Shown here: one piece after another, positions 1 to 14,567 of the stretch
Numbering within the stretch: position 1 is the stretch's first letter
Layout: every line of letters begins with the position of its first letter
Origin: Eledone cirrhosa
Taxonomy: Eukaryota
DNA: 64,000 nt
Reading direction: 5' to 3'
Assembly (NCBI GenBank): GCA_964016885.1
Contig: OZ024742.1
Coordinates: 109,058,001 to 109,122,000, forward strand
Translations under genes and position numbers: made by a program
Notes under the pieces: generated by a model
What the model saw: the letters and a program-made list of their open reading frames with translations, nothing else
Told to the model about the DNA's origin: nothing
Database searches by the model: none

Positions 1-74
1 TATATATATGTATATGTATATATATATATGTATATATGTATATATATATATGTATATATATATATGTATATATG

Positions 75-109
<35 letters not shown>

Positions 110-134
110 GTATGTATATATATGTATATATATG

Positions 135-191
<57 letters not shown>

Positions 192-210
192 GTATGTATA
201 TATATGTATA

Positions 211-253
<43 letters not shown>

Positions 254-334
254 ATATATGTATATATATGTATATATATATATATATGTATATATATATG
301 TATGTATATATATGTATATATATATGTATGTATA

Positions 335-383
<49 letters not shown>

Positions 384-480
384 GTATATATATATATATG
401 TATATATATATGTACGTATATATATATATATGTATATATATATGTATGTATATATATATATATGTATATATATATGTATG

Positions 481-517
<37 letters not shown>

Positions 518-536
518 GTATATATATATATGTATG

Positions 537-598
<62 letters not shown>

Positions 599-622
599 TA
601 TATATATGTATGTATATATATG

Positions 623-683
<61 letters not shown>

Positions 684-692
684 GTATGTATG

Positions 693-723
<31 letters not shown>

Positions 724-732
724 GTATGTATA

Positions 733-783
<51 letters not shown>
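1..783. repeat. Degenerate (TA)n/(TATG)n microsatellite
   Basis: Pure TA with interspersed TG; the ORFs here are IY/VC low-complexity artefacts. Confidence 0.99.
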
Positions 784-784
<1 letters not shown>

Positions 785-835
785 ATAATGAAATGACAGG
801 AGGCTGGATTTGTGTAAATCCTTGAAAGGTTTATT

Positions 836-893
836 ATACTATGATCATTTCAATGACCGGGTTCCGTATGAATCCGGTGATATCATCAGGTAT
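836..893 (-). ncRNA. Type I hammerhead ribozyme motif (Penelope/retrozyme-type)
   Basis: Minus strand reads atac-CTGATGA-tatcaccggattc atac ggaacccggtcatt-GAAA-tgatca-TA-gtat: intact core boxes, helix II, palindromic helix III, helix I atac/gtat. Confidence 0.7.
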
Positions 894-984
894 TCGAAAT
901 ATAATACGTGAATGTAATAGGTAAAATCCATGGGCTGAAAATCGAGACCCGAGGGCGACCGCTATTCTGAACCTCAAACCTGAA

Positions 985-987
<3 letters not shown>

Positions 988-1041
<54 letters not shown>

Positions 1042-1194
1042 GTATATATATATATATGTATGTATATATATGTATATATATATATATATGTGTATGTATA
1101 TATATTATGTGTATGTATATATATATATATGTGTATATATATATATATATGTGTTATATATATATATATATATATATGTATTATATATGTGTAT

Positions 1195-1235
<41 letters not shown>

Positions 1236-1250
1236 TATGTGTTTATATAT

Positions 1251-1291
<41 letters not shown>

Positions 1292-1301
1292 TGCATGTAT
1301 G

Positions 1302-1341
<40 letters not shown>

Positions 1342-1351
1342 TGTATGTATG

Positions 1352-1388
<37 letters not shown>

Positions 1389-1394
1389 GTATGT

Positions 1395-1434
<40 letters not shown>

Positions 1435-1599
1435 GTATATATATATATGTATATATATATATGTATATATATATATGTATATATATATATGTATGTATAT
1501 ATATATGTATATATATATGTATATATATATGTATGTGTATGTATATATATATATGTATATATATATGTATATGTATATATATATATGTATATATATATG

Positions 1600-1632
<33 letters not shown>

Positions 1633-1663
1633 GTAAATATATATATATGTAAATATATATATG

Positions 1664-1696
<33 letters not shown>

Positions 1697-1782
1697 GTAA
1701 ATATATATATATGTAAATATATATATATGTATATATATATATATGTAAATATATATATATGTATATATATATATATATGTAA

Positions 1783-1814
<32 letters not shown>

Positions 1815-1972
1815 GTAAATATATATATATATGTATATATATCCAGGGGGTGTAACTAGGAGTTACTGCAGGTTCACCCGGGTGAGCACTCGATGTTTAG
1901 GTTCCTTCTGTGATGATGTGTAGAGTTAAATATGTATATATATATATATATATGTAAATATATATATATATA
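988..1972. repeat. Degenerate (TA)n microsatellite with a ~90 bp unique island (1843-1930)
   Basis: TA/TATG/TGTAAA units seen directly. Confidence 0.97.
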
Positions 1973-3347
1973 TCATCATCATCATCATCATCGTTTAACG
2001 TCCCTGTTCCACGCTTGCATGGGTTTGGACGGGTGTTTTCCCACTTGAGGCAAGAGTGGTTGTCTTGCTCGCATAGGACTGTCTGGTGGGTTTTCTACAG
2101 CTGGATGCCCTTCCTAACACCAACCACATTTACAGTGTGGAACTGGGAGGTTTTTACCGTGTTGCCTACACGGTCACATTACAGCGTGGACTGTGTGTTT
2201 TTTTGTCGTGACACCTACACGATCTCGTTTGTTTCGGCCTGGATGTTGTGGCACCAACATAAATTTGCATTGAAGGGGGCGGTGTGGATGGGGTGGGACG
2301 GGGGTGTATTTTGTTAGAGATGCCTACTGACTAGTAGGTTTTACTTTGTATTTAGGTAAGGCAGGTCTTCTCTGTTACTGAGTACCGCCAAAGGTCTCGG
2401 TCCAGTGACATTGTCTTGGAGAGGTGTAAGTGTGTGAGGTTGGAATTTATCAGCTCGTCCCAGGTTTTCCTGGGTCTGCCTACTCCGTGGCTACCATCTA
2501 TCTTTATTGCCCTGCACTTTGTTATACAGCTGTCATCTTTCATGCGCATCACGTGACCATACCAACATAGCCTTCTCTCGAGTAAACAACATCTGATCCT
2601 CTTATTTCTAATTTTTTCCTTAGTTCGTTTATGCTTTGCCGTTCACGTATATTTCTATTACACATCCAGCGGAGCATGCAAGCTTCGTTCCTCTCTAGTC
2701 TGCATATATCCTCTGCACACAATGCCCAGGTCTCACTGCCATGCAACATTGCTGTTTGTATGCAGGCATCATACAACCTGCCTTTCATTTTTAGGGAGAA
2801 CCCTTTAGCGGCTAATAGTGGTATAAGCTCTCTGAACTCTTTCCATCCAGTTCTGACTCTAGCTACTGTACTTTCAGAGCACCCTCCCCCACTGCTGATT
2901 TTGTCACCCAGGTAACGGAAGCTGTCCACTATTTCTATAGAACCCTCTGCGCAATTGAAAGAGTTAGTATTTTGTGGGCACTTGCTGCTACTTATTGTAC
3001 CAGAGCACCGGCCACATGTAAAATCTGTGTTTCTTAGTTAGCTTACCTGTGATCCCACTACATCTTTTATGCACCCATACTTTGCATTTGGGACATAAAA
3101 TGGAGTTTCTACCAACGCCTTTCCTACACACTGAGCATGGCCATTTCCCGGAGGGGACCGGCGCCTTATTTTCTTTCCTACAAACTAGAACTTTAGTCTT
3201 AGCCAGGTTAATTTTAAAGCCTTTTGATTCTAGGCCGTGCTTCCATATTTGGAATTTCTTCTCTAGTTCGGCCATTGATTCAGCTATGAGCATTAGATCA
3301 TCTGCGTATACGAGTTCCCATGGGCAGCCGGTCTTGAACTCCTCTGT

Positions 3348-3351
<4 letters not shown>
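1973..3351 (-). mobile_element. RTE-clade LINE family A, 5'-truncated, frameshifted copy
   Basis: (GAT)n tail; 3' UTR shared with the other copies; YADD-PHD-thumb fragments split over three ORFs. Confidence 0.95.
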
Positions 3352-3378
<27 letters not shown>

Positions 3379-3382
3379 GTAA

Positions 3383-3414
<32 letters not shown>

Positions 3415-3461
3415 GTAAATATATATATGTATATATATATATATGTAAATATATATATATT

Positions 3462-3740
3462 AGTGTCTTGCTCATGTGTTGTTTCCTTGAGCAAGACACT
3501 TTATTCCACATTGCTCCAGTTTACTCAGCTGTAGAAATGAGATGATAGGGACTGGGGTCCCTATCATTCCACTGTAAAGTGGTCGTGGAGGTGCCACGGC
3601 AAAAAAGCACCCAGCACTCACTGTAAATGATGTTGGTGTTAGGAAGGGCATCCAGCTGTAGAAATCAAGCCAGAATCAGTTCCTGTCCCACCCTTGCAAG
3701 CAGGGAAAAGCGGACGTAAAATGATGATGATGATGATGAT
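3462..3740 (+). mobile_element. CORE-SINE with RTE-like tail, 5'-truncated
   Basis: ccttgagcaagacactt...cagtttactcagctgtagaaatgag CORE-like block, ggtgttaggaagggcatccagctgtag RTE-type segment, (GAT)n tail. Confidence 0.8.
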
Positions 3741-4939
<1,199 letters not shown>

Positions 4940-4940
<1 letters not shown>

Positions 4941-5191
4941 CATCATAATCATCAACGTTTAACGTCCGTGTTCCACGCTTGCATGGGTTTGGACGGGGGT
5001 TTTCCCACTTGAGGCAAGAGTGATTGTCTTGCTCGCATAGGACTGTCTGGCGGGTTTTCTACATCTGGATGCCCTTCCTAACACCAACCACATTTACAGT
5101 GTGGGGCTGGGAGGTTTTTACCGTGTTGCCTACACGGCCACATTACAGCGTGGTCTATGAGTTTTTTTGTCGTGACACCTACACGATCTCA
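4940..5191 (-). mobile_element. RTE family A, short 3' UTR fragment
   Basis: (GAT)n tail plus the terminal ~250 bp of the family 3' UTR. Confidence 0.92.
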
Positions 5192-5217
5192 ATATATATA
5201 TATGTATATATATATAT

Positions 5218-6726
5218 TTGTGAGAGCTATACAAGCCATGTATAAAGAAACAGTCAGCAAGGTTAGAATTAACAACGAATATAGTGAAGAGTTTAGCGTA
5301 AAAGTTGGTGTCCATCAGGGCTCTGTTCTTAGCCCCCTACTATATATTATTGCCCTTCAGGCTATAACAGAGGAGTTCAAGACCGGCTGCCCATGGGAAC
5401 TCCTATACGCAGATGACCTAAGACTCATAGCTGAATCAATGGCCGAACTAGAGAAGAAATTCCAAATATGGAACCACGGCCTAGAATCAAGAGGCCTTAA
5501 AATTAACCTGGCTAAGACTAAAGTTCTAGTTTGTAAGAAAGAAAATAAGGCGGCGGTCCCTTCCGGGAAGTGTCCATGCTCAGTGTGTAGGAAAGGCGTA
5601 GGTAGAAACTCCATTTTATGTCCCAAATGCAAAGTATGGGTGCATAAAAGATGTAGTGGGATCACAGGTAAGCTAACTAAGAACATAGATTTTATATGTG
5701 GCCGGTGCTCTGGTGCAATAAGTAGCAGCAAGTGCCCACAAAATACTAGCTCCTTCAACTGCGCAGAGGGTTCTATAGAAATAGTGGACAGCTTCCGTTA
5801 TCTGGGTGACAAAATCAGCAGTGGGGGAGGGTGCTCTGAAAGTACAGTAGCTAGAGTCAGAACTGGATGGAAAAAGTTCAGAGAGCTTATACCACTATTA
5901 GCCGCTAAAGGGTTCTCCCTAAAAATGAAAGGAAGGTTGTATGATGCCTGCATATGAACAGCAATGTTGCATGGCAGTGAGACCTGGGCATTGTGTGCAG
6001 AGGATATACGCAGACTAGAGAGGAACGAAGCTTGCATGCTCCGCTGGATGTGTAATAGTAATATACGTGAAAGGCAAAGCATAAACGAACTAAGGAAAAA
6101 ATTAGAAATAAGAGGGATCAGATGTTGTTTACTCGAGAGAAGGCTACGTTGGTACGGTCACGTGATGCGCATGAAAGACGACAGCTGTATAACAAAGTGC
6201 AGGGCAATAAAGATAGACGGTAGCCACGGAGTAGGCAGACCAGAAAAACCTGGGACGAGCTGATAAATTCCGACCTTACACACTTACACCTCTCCAAGAC
6301 AATGTCACTGGACCGAGACCTATGGCGGTACTCAGTAATAGAGAAGACCCGCCTTACCCAAATACAAAGTAAAACCTACTACAGTCAGTAGGCATCTCTA
6401 ACAAAATACACCCCCACCCCCCACCCCCACCCCATCCACACCACCCCTTTCAATATAAAGTTATGTTGGTGCCACAACATCCAGGCCGAAACAAATGAGA
6501 TCGTGTAGGTGTCACGACAAAGAAACACACAGTCCACGCTGTAATGTGGCCGTGTAGGCAACACGGTAAAAACCTCCCAGCCCCACACTGTAAATGTCGT
6601 TGGTGTTAGAAAACCCGCCAGACAGTCCTATGCGAGCAATGACAACCACTCTTGCCTCAAGGGGGAAAACTCCCGTCCAAACCCATGCAAGCGTGGAACA
6701 TGGACGTTAAACGATGATGAGGATGT
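5218..6726 (+). mobile_element. RTE family A, 5'-truncated, with in-frame stop and frameshift
   Basis: QGSVLSP, YADD, PHD, FRYLG; TGA at 5955; 3' UTR and GAT tail. Confidence 0.95.
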
Positions 6727-7280
6727 ATATATATATATGTATATATATATATGTGTATATATATATATGTATATATATATATGTATATATATATATGTAT
6801 ATATATATATATGTATATGTATATATATATATATGTATAAGGTTATCTCCCTTGCTGAAATCCATGTGCGTATTTTTAGCATGGGTCTTGTCTTTCTATC
6901 CATTCGGACGAAGCTCGTTGATAAAGTAACTCCAGTCCCCCGGCATCTGTAAGTCTTATATTTTTATATGAGCTGATAGATGACGGTTTAAGGATTTACA
7001 GAAACCCAAGAAGCTAGATTTTCCATCTCTCTAGTGGGTCCGGGTATGCATTTTACATTCATTTCATTTATTGATTTATTGATAATTTATCTGAGTGTCC
7101 CGAATCTTCCATATCGAACTTATCGGTTATTTGGTTGATTGTAGACATATTCTACGTGTGACGGTATTTAACGATAGTTATAGCTCTAATTTATTTGAAT
7201 TATAGAGCCCTCTGCTGCTCATCTCGAATTCTGTTTATCGTGAACTCGTGCGCCGATTTTTCGATACTCGATTATTCTAC

Positions 7281-7328
<48 letters not shown>

Positions 7329-7347
7329 GAATATGTATATATATATG

Positions 7348-7394
<47 letters not shown>

Positions 7395-7427
7395 GCATAT
7401 ATATATCTCTATATATATATATGCATA

Positions 7428-10336
7428 TCATCATCATCATCATCATCAGGTTTAGCGTCCGTGTTCCACGCTTGCATCGGTTTGGACGGGGGTTTTCCCA
7501 CTTGAGGCAAGAGTGGTTGTCTTGCTCGCATAGGACTGTCTGGCGGGTTTTCTACAGTTGGATGCCCTTCCTAACACCAACCACATTTACAGTGTGGGGC
7601 TGGGAGGTTTTTACCGTGTTGCCTACACGGCCACATTACAGCGTGGACTGTCTGGCGGGTTTTCTACAGCTGGATGCCCTTCCTAACACCAACCACATTT
7701 ACAGTGTGGGGCTGGGAGGTTTTTACCGTGTTGCCTACACGGCCACATTTACAGCGTGGACTGTTTATTTTTTGTCGTGACACCTCCACGATCTCATTTG
7801 TTTCGGCCTGGATGTTGTGGGACCAACATAACTTTACATTGAAAGGGGCGGTGTGGGTGGGGTGGAGGTGGTGGGACGGGGGTGTGTTTTGATAGAGATG
7901 CCTACTGACTGTAGTAGGTTTTTACTTTGTATTTAGGTAAGGCGGGTCTTCTCTATTACTGAGTACCGCCAAAGGTCTCGGTCCAGTGACATTGTCTTGG
8001 AGAGGTGTAAGCGTGTGAGGTCGGAATTTATCAGCTCGTCCCATGTTTTTCTGGGTCTGCCTACTCCGTGGCTACCGTCTATCTTTATTGCCCTGCACTT
8101 TGTTATACAGCTGTCGTCTTTCATGCGCATCACGTGACCGTACCAACGTAGCCTTCTCTCGAGTAAACAACATCTGATCCCTCTTATTTCTAATTTTTTC
8201 CTTAGTTCGTTTATGCTTTGCCGTTCACGTATATTACTATTGCACATCCAGCGGAGCATGCAAGCTTCGTTCCTCTCTAGTCTGCATATATCCTCTGCAC
8301 ACAATGCCCAGGTCTCACTGCCATGCAGCATTGCTGTTCGTATGCAGGCATCGTATAACCTGCCTTTCATTTTTAGGGAGAACCCTCTAGCGGCTAATAG
8401 TGGTATAAGCTCTCTGAACTTTTTCCATCCAGTTCTGACTCTAGCTACTGTACTTTCAGAGCACCCTCCCCCACTGCTGATTTTGTCACCCAGATAACGG
8501 AAGCTGTCCACTATTTCTATAGAACCCTCTGCGCAGTTGAAGGAGCTAGTATTTTGTGGGCACTTGCTGCTACTTATTGCACCAGAGCACCGGCCACATG
8601 TAAAATCTATGTTCTTAGTTAGCTTACCTGTGATCCCACTACATCTTTTATGCACCCATACTTTGCATTTGGGACATAAAATGGAGTTTCTACCTACGCC
8701 TTTCCTACACACTGAGCATGGCCATTTCCCCGATGGGACCGCCGCCTTATTTTCTTTCCTACAAACTAGAACTTTAGTCTTAGCCAGGTTAATTTTAAGG
8801 CCTTTTGATTCTAGGCCGTGCTTCCACGTTTGGAATTTCTTCTCTAGTTCGGTCATTGATTCAGCTATGAGCGTTAGATCATCTGCGTATAGGAGTTCCC
8901 ATGGGCAGCCGGTCTTGAACTCCTCTGTTATAGCCTGAAGGGCAATAATAAATAGTAGGGGGCTAAGTACAGAGCCCTGATGGACACCAACTTTTACGCT
9001 AAACTCTTCACTATATTCGTTGTTAATTCTAACCTTACTGACTATTTCTTTATACATGGCTTGTATAGCTCTCACAAGCCGTTCGTCAACACCTAGTTTT
9101 CTAAGAGACCACCAGATAATGGAACGGGGGACTCTGTCGAAGGCTTTCTCCAAGTCGACAAAAGCTAAGTATAGGGGTTTACTTTTAGCTAGGTACTTCT
9201 CCTGTAGTTGTCGTACAATGAAAAGAGCGTCTGTGGTACTTTTGCCTGACACAAACCCGAACTGCATTTCATCTAGATCAATTCTCTCTCTGATTAGTTG
9301 CGCTATTACTTTTTCCGTGACCTTCATGACCTGGTCGATTAATTTAATGCCTCTATAGTTACTCCTATCTAGGGCATCTCCTTTTCCCTTATAGCAGTTA
9401 ACGATGATGCTGCTACGCCATTCCTTCGGAACAACCCCATTCTGTACGACTTGGTTAACTATCCGGGTGACCATGGTGTGTCCCACCGAACCAGATGCCT
9501 TCAGCATCTCAGCAACTATTTCCGAAGGCCCAGCCGCCTTACCCGTCTTCATATCTTTGATTGCCTTACTTATTATACTACCTTCAACTAACACTGCTGG
9601 TCCCTCTATTGGATCGATCTGGGGGAGACTGTCTTTCTCCCATTTGTTCTCCTCATTTAGAAGCCTTTCGTAGTGACACTTCCAAGCTACCTTCTTATCA
9701 GCGTCGGTGATGGCAAGTATGCCATCATCGTTAAGTACACACTTCTCCCCGACAATATCACGGTTTTCCTTGACACATTGCCTGGCAATCCTGAACACCT
9801 CACGTTTTTGGTCCTCACGTTGTAGAACATGCTTGAACTTTCTTTCCTCTGCTTCCCTTCTTGCGAAGTACACTTGTCTCCTAGCTTCCCTCCTGGCCAC
9901 TTGATAGTCTTCTCTACTTCCCCCATCCCGCCATACTTTCCAAGCCTGCTTTTTGGCCTTAATTGACTCCTCCACCTTACTGTTCCACCACCATGTTACT
10001 CTCCTCCTACCTACAGGCCTGCTCCAGCCACAGACTTCGTCTGCCGCCGTCAGCAGGTTTGCTCTCAGGAATTCCCACTGTTCCTCTATATTATACGACT
10101 CTAATTGCTCTTCCTTACTGTCGAAAGCGTCAAGTAATTTGCTTTGAAATTTATTTCTGGCTATGGGGTCCTTTAGCTTCCATATTTTTCTCCTGAGGAT
10201 AGTCCTCTTTCGCTGTCTAGTACGTCTCGTCCTGACTATGAGGTCGCTAATTATCAGTCTATGTTGGGAGGTGAATTCTTCATGGGGGTGGGATTTAGTG
10301 TTAACAACAGACACTCTGTCACGTCTTCTGGTAAGA
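7428..10336 (-). mobile_element. RTE family A, 5'-truncated within the APE endonuclease; open 793-aa ORF (7933-10314)
   Basis: NYRGIKL, QFGF, FVDLEKAFDRV, QGSVLSP, YADD; 112-bp tandem duplication in the 3' UTR (7533-7757). Confidence 0.96.
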
Positions 10337-10429
10337 ATATATATATATATACATATATATATACGTCTTCTGGTAAGAATATATATATATATACATATAT
10401 ATATCTATATACATATACATATATATGTA

Positions 10430-10815
10430 TAAGTGAATTGAAACCGATGACACATGAGCGTGACCTCTGGCGTCACGCAGTAATACAGAGTACCTGACCT
10501 CCCATGGGTACAAGCTGAAGCATATAGACAATATGCACCCACACCCTCCCACTGCAAAGTGGTCGTGGAGGTGCCATGGCAAAAAAGCACCCAGCCCACA
10601 CTGTAAAGTGGACGTGTAGGCGCCACAGAAAAAAGCACCCACCACTCACTGTAAATGAGGTTGGTGTTAGGAAGGGCATCCAGCTGTAGAAATCAAGCCA
10701 AAATCAGTTCCTGTATGAGCAAGACAAGGTCAGCCGACCAGACACTGCCCACAACAAGACAACCTGTCTAACCCATGCTAGCGTGGAAGAACGGATGTAA
10801 AACGGTGATGATGAT
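10430..10815 (+). mobile_element. 3' end of a related RTE subfamily (B)
   Basis: Encodes the ERDLWRHAV C-terminus; similar 3' UTR units; cccatgctagcgtggaagaacggatgtaaaacggtgatgatg terminus. Confidence 0.8.
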
Positions 10816-10878
10816 GTGTATATATATGTGAAAAAATGTGTATATATATATATATACGTTTGTGTGTATATATGTGTT

Positions 10879-10909
<31 letters not shown>

Positions 10910-11006
10910 GTGTATATATATATATGTGTGTATATATATATGTGTATATATATATGTGTATATATATATATGTGTGTATATATATATGTGTATATATATA
11001 TATATA

Positions 11007-11037
<31 letters not shown>

Positions 11038-11052
11038 GTGTGTATATATATA

Positions 11053-12007
11053 TCATCATCATCATCATCATCATCAACGTTTAACGTCCGTGTTCCACGC
11101 TTGCATGGGTTTGGACGGGGGTAGTCCCACTTGAGGCAAGAGTGATTGTCTTGCTCGCATAGGACTGTCTGGCAGGTTTTCTACAGTTGGATGCCCTTCC
11201 TAACACCAACCACATTTACAGTGTGGGTCTGGGAGGTTTTTACCGTGTTGCCTACACGGCCACATTACAGCGTGGACTGTGTGTTTTTTTGTCGTGACAC
11301 CTACACGATCTCATTTGTTTCGGCCTGGATGGCGCGGCACCAACATAACTTTACATAGAACGGGGTGGTGTGGATGGGGTGGGGGTGGTGGTGGTGGGAC
11401 GGGGTGTATTTTGTTAGAGATGCCTACTGGCTGGAGTAGGTTTTACTATATATTTAGGTAAGGCGGGTCTTCTCTGTTACTGAGTACCGCCAAAGGTCTC
11501 GGTCCAGTGACATTGTCTTGGAGAGGTGTAAGCGTGTGAGGTCGGAGTTTATCAGCTCGTCCCAGGTTTTTCTAGGTCTGCCTATTCCGTGGCTACCGTC
11601 TATCTTTATTGCCCTGCACTTTGTTATACAGCTATCGACTTTCATGCGCATCACGTGTCCATACCAACGTAGCCTTCTCTCGAGTAAACAACATCTGATC
11701 CCTCTTATCTCTAATTTTTTCCTTAGTTCGTTTATGCTTTGCCGTTCACGTATATTACTGTTACACATCCAGCGGAGCATGCAAGCTTCGTTCCTCTCTA
11801 GTCTGCGTATATCCTCCGCACACAATGCCCAGGTCTCACTGCCATGCAACATTGCTGTTCGTATGCAGGCATCGCACAACCTGCCTTTCATTTTTAGGGA
11901 GAACCCTTTAACAGCTAATAGTGGTATAAGCTCTCTGAACTTTTTCCAACCAGTTCTGACTCTAGCTACAGTACTTTCAGAGCACCCTCCCCCACTGCTG
12001 ATTTTAT
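11053..12007 (-). mobile_element. RTE family A, 5'-truncated
   Basis: [12 protein letters not shown]...EKTRLT C-terminus, 3' UTR, GAT tail. Confidence 0.95.
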
Positions 12008-12048
12008 ATGTGTGTATATATATATATATATGTGTATATATATATATG

Positions 12049-12081
<33 letters not shown>

Positions 12082-12120
12082 GTATATATATATGTATATA
12101 TATATATATATGTGTATATA

Positions 12121-12171
<51 letters not shown>

Positions 12172-12284
12172 ATATATATATGTGTATATATATATATATA
12201 TGTGTGTGTGTATATATATATATGTGTATATATATATATGTGTGTGTGTGTGTATATATATATATGTGTATATATATATATATA

Positions 12285-12800
12285 AAAGAATAGAGGTGTA
12301 ACACACAAGTTATTATATATTGGTAAACGGAATAGAAAATGCTGACAAATTGTTCACAGTTGAAAAATGGTTTAATTAGGAATAAAAGAGTATTAGTGAT
12401 TGTATGGGTTAGTATTCAGTTGTGGTTTTAAGTTTTTAAGTTTTTACCGGTTGCGCATTTCTAAATGCTTTTCAAAAATAATTTTGAGATAGAGTGTCCG
12501 TGCTGTTTGCTCTGATCTGATTAGTTTTGGGAATTCTACCTGTTTTTATGTTAAAAAAATGGCTCCAGCGTTATTTTTGTGTTGCAAAAATGCTTGTGGT
12601 CAAAACAATTTTGATTGGTCGGTAGAGGTCATGTGAATGTAAAAAGTTGATTTTGCGCCAAGACTGTTTTTATGTTAAAATGTTAGAAAAGTGGCTCCAG
12701 CAAAAATTATTGGTCAAAACAATTTTGATTGGTCGGTAGAGGTCATGTGGATAAAAAATTGGTTTTGCGCCAAGATTGAGAAATGACTCTTTCACAACAA

Positions 12801-12858
<58 letters not shown>

Positions 12859-14345
12859 TAGTAGTAGTAAGGTGTTCGATGCTGCGACAATAGCCACCAG
12901 CGATGTGTGTCAAATGGCTATTAAGATAAGTGTGTGTGTGTGTGTGTGTGCGTACATACACACAGCAGAGTCATTCGAAGGTCAAAAGATATTTTTCAGC
13001 TTTTGTCTTATACGGAGAAGTGCGTGTGTGTGTGTGTGTGTGTGTGTGTATAAGTCTCTTTGTATGTTGATGTACGCGTGTGTATGTGTTTGTGTATATA
13101 TGTGTGTGTGTGTGTGTGTGCGTGTGTGGGTGGACCAGTATTTTTTTCCCCCTGGTAAAATGGTGTACATTATTCGATTTTTTCAGTAAAATCGGTTCTC
13201 TTAATAGAACATCAACAATCTTAACAATAAAAGGTGTGAAATGATATTCACTATATATATATATACACACACACACACACATATATATTTTCACTACATA
13301 TATATATATATATATACATATATACATACATATATATGCACATATATTTTTTTGTATTGCACCATAGAGCATGTGTGTTTACGTGTGTCATTGTGTTTAT
13401 ATGTGGGTAGAGATGTGTGCTGATGTAGGTATGTATGTTGACGTGTGTATGTTGTGGGTTCGTCTTAGGGAGAAGTGTTTAGACGGGGTCCGTATTTGTT
13501 AATGAAGTAAGATTCCTTGCTGATGCGCTGGGTGTGGGTGGCATTATCTTTAAATTTGTAGAGGGGAAAGATTCTGAAGTTGGGATGATTTTGGGCGGCA
13601 CAGGTATCAATGTGTTCACTCAGTGGTATTTTCCTGTATTCCCGTATTTTAATTTGGGATCTATGGACAGTCATGCGTTGGCGGAGGCTGTTTTTGGTCT
13701 GGCCTATGTATTGTTCTCGACAACCTGAACAAGTTAATACATATATTAAATTTTCCGATGCACATGTGAAATTGTGTTTTACTATAAAACGTTGTCCATC
13801 TTTGAAATAGAATTCCGAACCCTCTATTAGGTTGATGCAAATGCCACAGTTGGGTCTATCGCATTTTTTTACTGTGGGTTTCGTTGTTGTGGTTGGCAGT
13901 ACTTTGGCATGTGTTAAGATGTTTTTCATTGACTTGGATTGTCTTTTGCTCTTTATGATATCGTGTGTTCGTAGAATTTGGTTCATTCTATGGTCCTTTT
14001 TCAATACAGGGATGTTCTGGAGGATGGTGTCAAAGGCCTCATTGTTGAGGGGGTTGTGTGTGGAGATGTATGGAAGAGCTTTTAGTTTTGGTTGATTTAC
14101 TTTAGGGTGTCTAAACATAAAAACAGGTAGAATTCCCAAAACTAATCAGATCAGAGCAAACAGCACGGACACTCTATCTCAAAATTATTTTTGAAAAGCA
14201 TTTAGAAATGCGCAACCGGTAAAAACTTAAAAACTTAAAACCACAACTGAATACTAACCCATACAATCACTAATACTCTTTTATTCCTAATTAAACCATT
14301 TTTCAACTGTGAACAATTTGTCAGCATTTTCTATTCCGTTTACCA

Positions 14346-14350
<5 letters not shown>
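12285..14350 (-). mobile_element. Penelope-like element, 5'-truncated, with inverted pseudo-LTR
   Basis: GIY-YIG ORF remnant on the minus strand; ~238-bp inverted repeat (12314-12552 vs 14114-14350); ~30-bp extension on the 3' copy only. Confidence 0.9.
13465..14113 (-). pseudogene. Penelope-like GIY-YIG endonuclease domain (Neptune-type Cys linker), 5'-truncated
   Basis: KKCDRPNCGIC linker; NLIYVLTCSGCREQYIGQTKNSLRQRMTVH; ESYFINKYGPRLN. Confidence 0.9.
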
Positions 14351-14381
<31 letters not shown>

Positions 14382-14428
14382 ATATATATATATATGTGTA
14401 TATATATATATATGTGTATGTGTATATA

Positions 14429-14481
<53 letters not shown>

Positions 14482-14567
14482 ATATATATATATATATATG
14501 TGTGTATATATATATATATATGTGTGTGTGTGTATATATATATGTGTCTGTGTATATATATATATAT

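Noticed and set aside
8-1855. Long IY/YI/VC/HT-rich ORFs here and throughout the window
   Set aside because: Translations of (TA)n, (TG)n and (CA)n microsatellites that simply lack stop codons
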